This document shows, piece after piece, positions 1-9,005 of a stretch of 64,000 nt of DNA (positions within the stretch are counted from its first letter, which is position 1; each line of letters begins with the position of its first letter). The stretch is from a virus. The stretch is from positions 72,839 through 136,838 of the IMG/VR virus record IMGVR_UViG_3300025030_001854. One strand, written 5' to 3'. The notes under the pieces are model-generated. The model ran no database searches, had not been told where the DNA came from, and saw only the letters and a program-made list of their open reading frames with translations. Both the position numbers and the translations under genes were made by a program.

Positions 1-913
1 TTAAATTCCACAAATCCAAAATATTAATTGTTTTATAGACTTTAACGGGATATCCTTTGGATTTCCATAGAGATATATTACCATCCCATTCTTCTTTATA
101 TTTAGGATGTTGAGTATCAGGGAAAACTAAGTCCCATTTATTTAATTCTTCTATTTTTGACTGTAACCCAACGGCAAGTGATGCTTCTTGAGATGTAAAA
201 TTTTGTTTGTCTATTTTTTTAAGTTCATTTTCAATAAATTTAATCTCAACAATTCTATCCATAAACTCATTAGAACAATTAACAGATAAATTAAACTTAT
301 TTAAACGACCATCCTGCAATTTGGCAGTAATCCATTCCTCAATGTCAGGATGCCAACAATCCAAAATTCCCATCATGGCACCCTTTCTAATTTTAATTTT
401 TCCTTCTTTATTTGCCTTTTTCTTGCCAGAACCAGCAGTTATTATATCAGAAGATGTATTAAATAATTCTGCATATTTAACAGCGCCAGGAGTTTCAACT
501 CCAATACCATAAATAAAAGAACCACGAGGACGAATAAAAGAAAAATTCATACCCCAACCACCTTCTGATTTAAGAGTCATCGCCTGAGATAATAATACTG
601 AAAATATCCCTTCTAATGAATCTTGGTCATATTTCGGTTTTGGACCGACGAAACAATTCATCCAAGTAGTTCCCTTCCAATCAGTTCCAGCATTAGCTAA
701 AATTCTTCCGCCAGGAACTATTTTAAAATTAGACAATAGTTCTAAAAACTTTTCTTCCCATTCCTCTTTTAAGTCATTTTTTTCAGCAGAAGCGACGGCT
801 TTAGCAACTCTAGCTAAGGTATCGTTTATTGAATTATCAGAATGATGTTTGTAAGTGGTAAACCAAACTTCGCGAGAAAAATCGTCAATGAATTGTGTCA
901 TAATTTTAGGCAT
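1..913 (-). CDS. nrdJ: Class II (adenosylcobalamin-dependent) ribonucleotide reductase, 5' part; continues past left edge
   Basis: Not in the ORF track. Hand translation from ATG 913 is open to the edge: MPKIMTQFIDDFSREVW...ARVAKAVA...FKIVPGGRILANAGT...NCFV...DSLEGI...KSEGGWGMNFSFIRPRG...RKGAMMGILDCWHPDIEEWITAK...FNLSV. These are typical RNR motifs, and there is no N-terminal ATP cone. Confidence 0.88.
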   Translation of the reverse strand, partial: MPKIMTQFIDDFSREVWFTTYKHHSDNSINDTLARVAKAVASAEKNDLKEEWEEKFLELLSNFKIVPGGRILANAGTDWKGTTWMNCFVGPKPKYDQDSLEGIFSVLLSQAMTLKSEGGWGMNFSFIRPRGSFIYGIGVETPGAVKYAELFNTSSDIITAGSGKKKANKEGKIKIRKGAMMGILDCWHPDIEEWITAKLQDGRLNKFNLSVNCSNEFMDRIVEIKFIENELKKIDKQNFTSQEASLAVGLQSKIEELNKWDLVFPDTQHPKYKEEWDGNISLWKSKGYPVKVYKTINILDLWNL

Positions 914-951
914 GATATATTACAGTAAAAAATTGCTATTTGAAAAAATAA

Positions 952-1404
952 TTAAGGAAAAAGATATAAGTCGGCAAAAGATATTTGGGCGACATTAGCT
1001 ATTTTTAATATTGTCGGGAGGATATCGCTATCTTTATTGTTTTGCCAAAATCCTCTCCAATATTGTAGGGCAACAGTTTCTCTATGAGCCCTTTTACATG
1101 GACATCCAACCCCAACCATATCTCTTGTTTGTACAAGAGTATCTAATGCTGTCTTTTGGGCCTCTGTAAAGAGTTCTCTTTGTGGTAAATACCAATCTGA
1201 GAAATCCCATAGATTATAAAATATAAGCATTCCTTCTGTCACCTTTTTGGGTTCTGGGAAAATTGGTTGTAAAAGAGAATTAAGTTCGTTTATAGATAAT
1301 GGAACTGGTTCGTCATTAACTTTAATCTCTTCAATTATTTGAGCTGGTTGAGTTTTAATTGGAGAAAGTTGATTTTTTATCCGTTGTCCGACAAACTCAT
1401 TCAT
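952..1404 (-). CDS. Hypothetical protein with GCPC motif
   Basis: 150-aa ORF, co-oriented and overlapping with its upstream neighbour, directly upstream of nrdJ. Confidence 0.6.
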   Translation of the reverse strand: MNEFVGQRIKNQLSPIKTQPAQIIEEIKVNDEPVPLSINELNSLLQPIFPEPKKVTEGMLIFYNLWDFSDWYLPQRELFTEAQKTALDTLVQTRDMVGVGCPCKRAHRETVALQYWRGFWQNNKDSDILPTILKIANVAQISFADLYLFP

Positions 1405-1744
1405 ATAGTTTTTTGATTATCCATCTAAAAAGGAAATACCCTAGTATTGATAATAATATATTTAAACCTAAAGTATAAAATGGTAAAAAAACTAATGATA
1501 AAATATTAATCCATACCCCAAAACAAATTGGACAATTTAACATTCGTGTTGGGAAACTGGGAAACTTATATTCTAAGAAGTCTGGATAACTTAATGGAGT
1601 CATACCCTTTTTACAATCTTCCTCATAAGGAGCATATTTTAAAAACTTTAGTCTAAATAACTTCGCCCACTCTATAAAAGCATTAGTATCAAACCAAATA
1701 TATAAAACAACTATAATAAAAGATATCCCATAAATTAATTCCAT
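1397..1744 (-). CDS. Small membrane protein with CPIC motif (DUF1360-like)
   Basis: Hydrophobic segments flanking LNCPICFGVW. Confidence 0.55.
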   Translation of the reverse strand: MELIYGISFIIVVLYIWFDTNAFIEWAKLFRLKFLKYAPYEEDCKKGMTPLSYPDFLEYKFPSFPTRMLNCPICFGVWINILSLVFLPFYTLGLNILLSILGYFLFRWIIKKLYE

Positions 1745-2010
1745 ATTTTAATTTTCCCTTTCGCCATTATATTTCGATTCTTTAAAAAAAGAATAGGTGT
1801 TCGCCACCAAAATATAACACAGTAACAATATACACAAAGAAGCCATCCATAGTTAGACAACCAAAAGTTTTTCTTATTCTACCGAAATTTTCTTGAATAT
1901 TTACAAATATTTGTGTATCTATTGTTGAAGAACAAAAACTAGCATAGTAAATACCTCACTATATATTTTAAAAAATATATTCTTTTAGCAGCTATGAACT
2001 ATGTATGAAC

Positions 2011-2440
2011 AAAAGGCGAAAATCCTTTTCAGCCCGCCGAGAAGACAACGGAAGGGTTTTCCCAAGTTGCCCTACCAAACTGGAGGGGAAAAGTAATAAC
2101 TAGGCCGCAGTTGGCACCCGGCGGCGACAAAGCTGAAGCCAATCAGACGCAATAAGGGACAGGCACCATTCATTGATGGTAAAAAAAGAGGCTATCTTAA
2201 TAAGATAGAAGTTGACAGGAATCCGCTAGACCTGAAAAGGTGAAATCGGAAGTATAAATGAGTTCTAGGCTCTCTCTCATCACCAATATTTATATTGGTA
2301 GCTTCTGGAAGCCGAAAGGCTATAAATCTCAATGCACTCTTCGCAAACTCCCGGCGAATTCAAAAAATATAACGGGACTTCAAGAATAGAGTCATTATTT
2401 TCCCTCTAGAGTTTTTTAATAAACTCTCTAGGGGGAAATT
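2011..2440 (+). ncRNA. Putative large structured non-coding RNA, family unknown
   Basis: ORF-free, GC-enriched intergenic island with about 12 complementary helices, two GAAA tetraloops, possible pseudoknots and a terminal 13-bp hairpin containing a G-U pair (see findings). Confidence 0.6.
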
Positions 2441-2554
2441 TCACCCGGTATATTTGCTTAAGAATTCATCATTAAGAGTCTACAAAAGAATTACGTTTAA
2501 AACTTTAATAAGACCATTCGTGAATATTTTACCCACTTCTACCGTCAAACTTTT

Positions 2555-2977
2555 ATGGAAATTATGGAAAACGAAGTCATGGCTGATATTGTAAAACGTC
2601 CTATAATTAAAGATTCAGGACAACGGGAAGATTTCTCAACTGGTTCAAAAAGAGACACCCGAAACGGTAAAGGGAGATTCGATTTACTTCCTTTGTTCGC
2701 TGAGGAAGAATTGGCTAAACATTTTGAGGCTGGGGCCGTAAAGTATGGAGACAATAATTGGCTAAAGGGCCAACCTTTATCCAGGTATTTAGATTCAGCT
2801 CGTAGACATTTAAATAAAGCCGCTAGAGGCCAACGAGACGAACCTCATTTTACTGCTGCCGCTTGGAATATTATGTGTCTTATTGACACTATGAAAAGAA
2901 TAGAACTTGGTCTTTTACCTGAAAGTTTAAATGACCTTTTACCAGTTTTACCAGAAGAAGTAGAAAAACTATTATGA
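2555..2977 (+). CDS. dATP/dGTP diphosphohydrolase domain protein (DUF5664-like)
   Basis: GKGRFDLLP...GAVKYGDNNW.KG...RYLDSARRHL...HFTAAAWN pattern. Confidence 0.8.
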   Translation: MEIMENEVMADIVKRPIIKDSGQREDFSTGSKRDTRNGKGRFDLLPLFAEEELAKHFEAGAVKYGDNNWLKGQPLSRYLDSARRHLNKAARGQRDEPHFTAAAWNIMCLIDTMKRIELGLLPESLNDLLPVLPEEVEKLL

Positions 2978-3597
2978 TTTCTCCTAATTTACTAATGATG
3001 GGTAAGTCTGATACTGAACTTATCCGATTAGTTAAAAATGACGCTGATAATGAAGCTATTTTAGAAGTATGCAGAAGATACGAGAATATTTTTTACAAAA
3101 TCTGCCAAAGATATTCTTCGTCTCTTACCAAGGTCGGAATTGACGTTAACGATATTTTCGATGAGAAGTATTATATTATTTTTTATTGTATCTGTTCATT
3201 CAAACCATCTAAAAAAACTAAACTCTCTACTTGGATAGGAAACTATGCCAGGTATCTTTGTCTTAATGCTATAAATTCTAAGAAATTTATTTTACCATCT
3301 TCCGATGAAGAAATTAAACAGAAAATCGAAGAGACTCAATGTAAGAACGTCTTTCTTAAAAATGAAGACAAACAAGGAGAGTATTCTTTTATTTTAAATA
3401 TTCTATCTCAACTCAAAGACCCTAGAATTTATAATGTATTTAATTTAAGATATTCTCATTTGCCAAACAAAATGATTTGGTCTAGAATAGCTTCATCGTT
3501 AGGTCTTTCTACTCAAACCGCTATCAACTTACATAATAAAGGATTGAGAATATTAAAAACTAAAATTAAAAGTAAAGATTTCTGTGATTTTATTTAA
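2974..3597 (+). CDS. Phage-encoded sigma70-family RNA polymerase sigma factor
   Basis: Region-2-like FKPSKKTKLSTWIGNYARY and region-4 HTH WSRIASSLGLSTQTAINLHNKGLRILK. Confidence 0.75.
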   Translation: MISPNLLMMGKSDTELIRLVKNDADNEAILEVCRRYENIFYKICQRYSSSLTKVGIDVNDIFDEKYYIIFYCICSFKPSKKTKLSTWIGNYARYLCLNAINSKKFILPSSDEEIKQKIEETQCKNVFLKNEDKQGEYSFILNILSQLKDPRIYNVFNLRYSHLPNKMIWSRIASSLGLSTQTAINLHNKGLRILKTKIKSKDFCDFI

Positions 3598-3670
3598 AAA
3601 CATTTGAATAATCTATCAATACTTTACATCATATAATTAGCCCAACAACGGGCAAACTACAAATAAAACT

Positions 3671-4003
3671 ATGAAACAAACTACAAATGATACAAATGGT
3701 AATAGCGGCGGAAATAGCGGCGGTAACGCTTGGAATAGGAAAGAGCTTGGTGTATTCTGGAGTAAAGAAACCAAGAACACTGGGGAAAAATATCTAACAG
3801 GAATAATTAATTTAAAAGCTCTCGGGTTTGATAAAGATGTTCCTGTTGTCGTCTTTACCAATAAGAACAAGCAAAAGGATAGTCATCCAGATTTAAGAGT
3901 CTATTTATCAGAAAAGCCTACTCCCACAGCCGCAGCGCAGCCAGTAGCTACCCCCTCAGTAATTCCACAGACGCCTAAACCCTCAAACAAAGAGTTAATT
4001 TAA
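3671..4003 (+). CDS. DUF736-like small protein (possible ssDNA-binding)
   Basis: ELGVFWSK...KYLTGII...VVVFTNKNKQKDSHPDLRVY pattern with low-complexity tails. Confidence 0.55.
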   Translation: MKQTTNDTNGNSGGNSGGNAWNRKELGVFWSKETKNTGEKYLTGIINLKALGFDKDVPVVVFTNKNKQKDSHPDLRVYLSEKPTPTAAAQPVATPSVIPQTPKPSNKELI

Positions 4004-4056
4004 TCCTTTGTTTTGCCAATATAATAGTTTAAATATTATTATGTTGGTTATATTTT

Positions 4057-5169
4057 ATGCGAAAATTAGCTTTACACCTACCTATTAATTCGGTTTCTTT
4101 TGGACAAGTATCTACATTGCTTTTAAGAACTATTTGGGAGAAGGAACAAAAAGGAGAATCTGATATTAATTGGAATTTATTTCCGATTGATGTTATAGAC
4201 CTTGGCTCTCAAACAGCATTACCACAAGAATTCGTTCAATGGTTACAACAGAAAATCGCTAATTCAATGGAAACGTTTTCTAGAGATACTCCTATGTTTA
4301 AATTATGGCACTTAAACGGGAGCTTAGAATCTTTTTCTAGAAATCAAACGTTATTATCTTTTTACGAGTTGGATAATCCAACGAAAATAGAACTTAATAT
4401 TGCAAGAAATAATAATAAATTATGTTTGTCTAGTCAGTATGCAGTTAACGTATTTAAGATATACGGCGTGGAGGCTAACTTTCTACCATTGGCATTTGAT
4501 TCTTTTAATTTTAGGACTATCAATAAACAATTCCATACTGATGGAAGGATAGTATTTAATTTGTGTGGTAAACTCGAAAAACGAAAACATCATGCAAAAG
4601 TAATTCAAGCTTGGATTAAAAAATATGGTAACAATTCTAAATATGTTCTCCAATGCGCCGTATATAATCCTTTCTTGGGGGAAAAGGGTAATAATGAGCT
4701 TCTTGGGCAAATATTAGGTGGAAATAAACCATTTAATGTAACATTTTATCCTCACATGAAAGAAAATCAAATCTATAATGAATTTCTTAATAGTGCTAAT
4801 ATCATTATTGGTATGTCTGGTGGTGAGGGTTGGGGGTTGCCTGAATTTCATTCTGTAGCTATTGGTAAACATGCTATTTTATTAAATGCTCATGCTTATA
4901 AAACGTGGGCGACAAAAGATATGGTAACTATGGTTCAACCATCAGGAAAAATTTCCGCTGTAGATGGAATGTTTTTTAGACCAGGAGATGTTTGGAACCA
5001 GGGAAATATTTTTGATTGGAACGAAGAAGAATTTTTACAAGCTTGTGAAGAAGCGGTTATCAAATATCAAAAAAATCCAATAAACAAAGAAGGACTAACT
5101 TTACAAGAAAAATTCTCGAAAGATAAGTTTTTAGATTCTGTTATTTCTCTAACAGAGGCTCAATCATGA
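4057..5169 (+). CDS. GT-B glycosyltransferase (GT4-like)
   Basis: GKLEKRK and SGGEGWGLPEFHS (EGxGLP) motifs. Confidence 0.8.
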   Translation: MRKLALHLPINSVSFGQVSTLLLRTIWEKEQKGESDINWNLFPIDVIDLGSQTALPQEFVQWLQQKIANSMETFSRDTPMFKLWHLNGSLESFSRNQTLLSFYELDNPTKIELNIARNNNKLCLSSQYAVNVFKIYGVEANFLPLAFDSFNFRTINKQFHTDGRIVFNLCGKLEKRKHHAKVIQAWIKKYGNNSKYVLQCAVYNPFLGEKGNNELLGQILGGNKPFNVTFYPHMKENQIYNEFLNSANIIIGMSGGEGWGLPEFHSVAIGKHAILLNAHAYKTWATKDMVTMVQPSGKISAVDGMFFRPGDVWNQGNIFDWNEEEFLQACEEAVIKYQKNPINKEGLTLQEKFSKDKFLDSVISLTEAQS

Positions 5170-5873
5170 ACCCCCCATTAATATCTTTAAGAAACTTTTC
5201 TAGTGACCAATATATTCTTGATAAAGTATTTTATCATAATTGTTATAGACTTCCACATTTTAATAAAGAGTCTTCTACTCAAGATAAAGTTGTTGTAGAT
5301 ATCGGCGCTCATGCAGGATATTTTTCTGTTACGGCTTTATTTCTGGGATATAAAGTTTATGCTTTTGAGCCGGTCGTAGATAATTTATCAGTTTTATTAG
5401 AAAATACATCTAAGCATATAAACTCTTCTGTTTTTGTATTTCCAGTTGGGGTTTCTACTAATAATTCTAATATTCAGTTATTAAATAAACCAGTTCTTAA
5501 TAATTCGATGTTTGATTTTGCTTATTTGTCAGAAAATCTAACACAAACACATGTTCCTGAAGATTCATATCCAATTTCAGTATTCTCATTAGCTTCATTG
5601 TTGAGAGTTTTTGTATCTAATCATATGATTGATTATTTAAAAATCAATCTAGGATATGGAGAAGCATTTGCATTAACTAATCATAAAGATTTTTCTATTG
5701 TTAGTAATATTTGTGGAGAATTTAGTTTAAGTGAGATTTCTTCTGAAGGACTTTCATCTTTTCTGAAAAGCGTCGGCTTCACAAATGTTTTAGTGGAGCC
5801 AATTAATGATGATTCTAGAGCTTTATTTTTTGCTTCTAAGGGAAAATTAGAAGACGCTTTTATTACTTCATAA
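5166..5873 (+). CDS. FkbM-family SAM methyltransferase
   Basis: VVDIGAHAGYFS...VYAFEP...IDYLKIN. Confidence 0.85.
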   Translation: MNPPLISLRNFSSDQYILDKVFYHNCYRLPHFNKESSTQDKVVVDIGAHAGYFSVTALFLGYKVYAFEPVVDNLSVLLENTSKHINSSVFVFPVGVSTNNSNIQLLNKPVLNNSMFDFAYLSENLTQTHVPEDSYPISVFSLASLLRVFVSNHMIDYLKINLGYGEAFALTNHKDFSIVSNICGEFSLSEISSEGLSSFLKSVGFTNVLVEPINDDSRALFFASKGKLEDAFITS

Positions 5874-5878
5874 TTTAT

Positions 5879-6208
5879 ATGGGACTATATTTATATCAAA
5901 ATCCAAACACAAAAGAGATTATTGAAGTCGTTCAAAAAATGAATGACGAGCATACGTTTTTTAAAGATGGAATAAATTGGATAAGATTATTTACTTCTCC
6001 ATGTCCAAAAATCGGAATTAATCCATTTTCTCAAGAAGACTGGAATAATCAAACTCGTAATACCAGGGGAACTATCGGAGATTTATGGGATAAATCGGCT
6101 GAATTATCAGAAAAAAGAGCTAAAAAAAGCGGTGGTATAGACCCAATTAAACAAAAAACTGCCGAAGCTTACAGAAAGAAAACTGGTAAACCTCATCCAC
6201 ACGAATAA
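5879..6208 (+). CDS. FmdB-like small phage protein (Cys-less variant)
   Basis: MGLYLYQNPNTKEIIEVVQKMND...W.RLFTSP resembles the FmdB N-terminus. Confidence 0.45.
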   Translation: MGLYLYQNPNTKEIIEVVQKMNDEHTFFKDGINWIRLFTSPCPKIGINPFSQEDWNNQTRNTRGTIGDLWDKSAELSEKRAKKSGGIDPIKQKTAEAYRKKTGKPHPHE

Positions 6209-7047
6209 TGAAAACTCTACAGAATTGCGGAAAATTGATAGTTAAAGAATCCCCAATAGAAGGATTTGGGGTCTTTGCCACAGAAGACATTCAAAAAGGG
6301 ACTATTCTTGAAGAAGTTCCTTTTGTTACCATTCCAAATTGGGCATCCTTTGGTAAAGCGTTATATGATTTTTTATCAACATCTGAATGGATGGGTGATA
6401 AAGTAAAATATACAGAAAATTTAAGAAAAAACTTGGGTTTTAAAGACCCAGAAAAATACTATTTTAAATGGTTTCCCCAGCATCAATTAGATAAGAGTCA
6501 AATTTCTTATACAGTTCTTCCTTTAGGATTTGGATGTATTTATAATAGTTCTAATACCCAGAACAACGCGGGTTGGGTTATTAAAGATAGTCTTTTTATA
6601 TTTAAAGCAGAAAAGGATATTCAAAAAGATGAAGAGGTAAAAACGTTTTATGGATATTTTTTAAGTGAAAATGGAACAATATTTAATTGCGATAATGTAT
6701 TTAATATTGGATTAGATATCATTAACGGAACTCTTAAATTAAAAATGTTTAGATTTAGTTCTATTGAAGTTTTTGAGGCAAGTCGGGTCCATCCAACATA
6801 TATTCGTGGTCAAAAAATGTTAGCAGATTCTAAAGACGGACTTTCAATTAAAAAAATATCTTCGTCTAACTCTCCTACTGAAGACCAACAAGCAGTAGAT
6901 GTTCCAGAAGTTGCTACACTACAGGATGTATATACAAGATTATCTGAATGTAAGAACCTTCCTAGAACTTTCTCTAGAATTCATATTGAATATACTAATA
7001 GAGAAGGAGAAATAGTTAAAGACGTTTTAGTATTTAAAAATTCTTGA
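6208..7047 (+). CDS. SET-domain protein (putative lysine methyltransferase) with C-terminal extension
   Basis: VKESPIEGFGVFATEDIQKG, GCIYNSS and FKAEKDIQKDEEVKTFYG motifs. Confidence 0.8.
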   Translation: MKTLQNCGKLIVKESPIEGFGVFATEDIQKGTILEEVPFVTIPNWASFGKALYDFLSTSEWMGDKVKYTENLRKNLGFKDPEKYYFKWFPQHQLDKSQISYTVLPLGFGCIYNSSNTQNNAGWVIKDSLFIFKAEKDIQKDEEVKTFYGYFLSENGTIFNCDNVFNIGLDIINGTLKLKMFRFSSIEVFEASRVHPTYIRGQKMLADSKDGLSIKKISSSNSPTEDQQAVDVPEVATLQDVYTRLSECKNLPRTFSRIHIEYTNREGEIVKDVLVFKNS

Positions 7048-7720
7048 TATCTTCGTGGTTTTTGTATTTGTATATTATTTCTATCCATTTAAAAAATTCT
7101 TTTTCATTCATATTCATTTTCATGGATTGTAAATCTTTGTGAATCCATTGTATATTATCTAATTCATAACCCTTAGAGGAATCTATTCTATCTAAAGATG
7201 CAGTTTGGTTTTTGTAATTTTTATAATTAATTTCTAAATTTATCGGTTCTCCAGATAAAGCACATTTTCCAAATTGTTTCTCAAACTGCTTCCAAGCATC
7301 TTTTATTGTTATATTGAAAGATAAATTTCGATGTTTCGCCCCACTTTTTACTCTCCAAAAATAGCTTCCATTTATTTTCCCATATCTCGTTAATTTTAAA
7401 CATCCACAACTTTTACATTCTCCATTTTTTAAATTTCTTAGTCTAACGATTTTAATGTTTCCACAATCACAAAGACATTCCCATTTAGACATATTATCTA
7501 CTGAATTTTTAACTCTTGATTTAATAATAAGTTTTCCGTATCGTAAACCTATATATTTTTTTAATGCTTCTTGAATATGCTCGTCACTGTTTCTAATTGG
7601 TATATTAAACTTTTTTAAATAATTTAATACCGTTGAATAACTTACTTTTAATTGAAAGGCAATATTCTTGCTACTGAGTTTTTGATTAATATATAATTCG
7701 TATAATAAATTTTTATCCAT
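7034..7720 (-). mobile_element. Freestanding HNH/His-Me homing-endonuclease-like gene
   Basis: N-terminal HTH, WECLCDCG...SCGC module, CALSG...SLDRIDSSKGYELDNIQW; antisense within a + operon. Confidence 0.75.
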
Positions 7721-7729
7721 ATATGTAAA

Positions 7730-7738
7730 TAATTACAC
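7730..7738 (-). promoter_or_regulatory. GTGTAATTA motif, candidate phage-sigma promoter
   Basis: Identical 9-mer upstream of the minus-strand starts at 7720, 48070 and 61216. Confidence 0.5.
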
Positions 7739-7812
7739 TAATTAATTCCATCAAGTGAATAAATATCATCAGATTTCCCTCAAACTACTATAATAGTTTG
7801 AGGTTTTTTGTT

Positions 7813-8544
7813 ATGAATTTTACTTTATTTTTAAATTCCAGAGGAAGAGTTGAGCAGCTTAAAAGATTTATTGAAGTGGTCGAAAATGTTACAATTAATT
7901 TAGCAGAAACAGAATTAATAATTACAGGCGATAATGATGACCAAGAAACCGTAGAATTTTTAAATTCTCTAAATTCTAGAAAAACTCTTATTTTTAATCC
8001 CATAATCGGAGATAGACCAAAAAGTTTATGCGGCTCATATAATAATATGGCAAATAGAGCTAGCGGGAAATATCTATTTGTAATGAACGATGATGCTGAA
8101 ATATTGACTATGGGTTGGGATGAAATTGCATTAAAGAAAATTTCCGACTTTAAAAAAGAAAAAAATATTAAAGATGATATAATTTTTGGCGTTACTTCTG
8201 ATACAAGTGTCGATAAGGCCCACACAAAAGAATACCCATCTTTTCCAATTATTAGTAAACAAGCAGTAAACGTTCTTGGATTTTTTATGCACGATAATTT
8301 TGTTGGTTTAGGTGGAGATAGTTCTATTTATCGCGTATATCAAGAGTCTCAACGATTAGTAGATATGACCGCAATAGTAGTAGACCATATTTACCATAAT
8401 ACTATTTATAAAGTAATGGCTCCAGATAAAACTGCTGCTGAGATGAGAATGAATTCTGCCGTTAATCCAGTTGACCCATTTTCTTTTGATGTATCAGATG
8501 ATGTTAAAAAACTACAAGATTTTATTAAAGCTACCAACAAATAA
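7813..8544 (+). CDS. GT2-like (GT-A) glycosyltransferase
   Basis: FLNSRGR...GDNDD...YNNMANRASGKYLFVMNDD; ATG 7813 preferred to TTG 7798. Confidence 0.75.
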   Translation: MNFTLFLNSRGRVEQLKRFIEVVENVTINLAETELIITGDNDDQETVEFLNSLNSRKTLIFNPIIGDRPKSLCGSYNNMANRASGKYLFVMNDDAEILTMGWDEIALKKISDFKKEKNIKDDIIFGVTSDTSVDKAHTKEYPSFPIISKQAVNVLGFFMHDNFVGLGGDSSIYRVYQESQRLVDMTAIVVDHIYHNTIYKVMAPDKTAAEMRMNSAVNPVDPFSFDVSDDVKKLQDFIKATNK

Positions 8545-8546
8545 AT

Positions 8547-9005
8547 ATGACTGAACAATCATTAAATTGCGACAGAAGATATACCCATACATTTGCTGAT
8601 TTGGTCGATAGACTAAGTATATGTATTCTAAAAAGTATTTTTATTCCATCAAATAAGAAAGCTTATGATGCGGAAATTCAAGACATAATGCACGATATCG
8701 ACTTGATTATCTCACAAAAAAATGTTACTCTTAATGCAGAATCGGTAAGAGCCATACAAATCCTAATGCTTTCCAACCGATTTATTTGGGAAAATGAGAG
8801 TAAATGTAGAGCTGGGGAAAATCAAGACTTTTCTTTATTAAAAATTACACACTCAATCAATGGAGTTCGAAATACTGCGAGAAATGTATTGTCTAAAGAG
8901 ATGGGTGAAAGATTAGACTTAAAAGTTGATTGTCTCGCCGCAGAATTACAAACTGATTTCCAAAATTGGAACTTATTTAATAATGAATCAACCACGAATA
9001 GTTAA
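8547..9005 (+). CDS. DUF6165-like all-alpha protein of glycan clusters
   Basis: ADLVDRLSICILK...NRFIWENESKCR...NGVRN pattern. Confidence 0.5.
   Translation: MTEQSLNCDRRYTHTFADLVDRLSICILKSIFIPSNKKAYDAEIQDIMHDIDLIISQKNVTLNAESVRAIQILMLSNRFIWENESKCRAGENQDFSLLKITHSINGVRNTARNVLSKEMGERLDLKVDCLAAELQTDFQNWNLFNNESTTNS

Noticed and set aside
207-512. 101-aa plus-strand ORF in the track
   Set aside because: Antisense shadow of nrdJ, which occupies the minus strand here
1796-1809. GGTGTTCGCCACCA, resembling a tRNA/tmRNA 3' end
   Set aside because: No upstream acceptor-stem partner, D arm or anticodon arm; only a 4-bp hairpin
2011-2440. Cobalamin riboswitch, RNase P, tmRNA or self-splicing intron identity for the structured region
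   Set aside because: No B12 box, no GAGGAAAGUCC, no plausible tag ORF or tRNA-like ends, no group I P7 or group II domain V motif, and it does not interrupt a gene
3701-3723. Direct repeat AATAGCGGCGG x2
   Set aside because: Encodes a low-complexity NSGG-NSGG linker; not a CRISPR or regulatory repeat
7788-8225. 145-aa minus-strand ORF
   Set aside because: Antisense to a GT2 with clear motifs; no recognisable features
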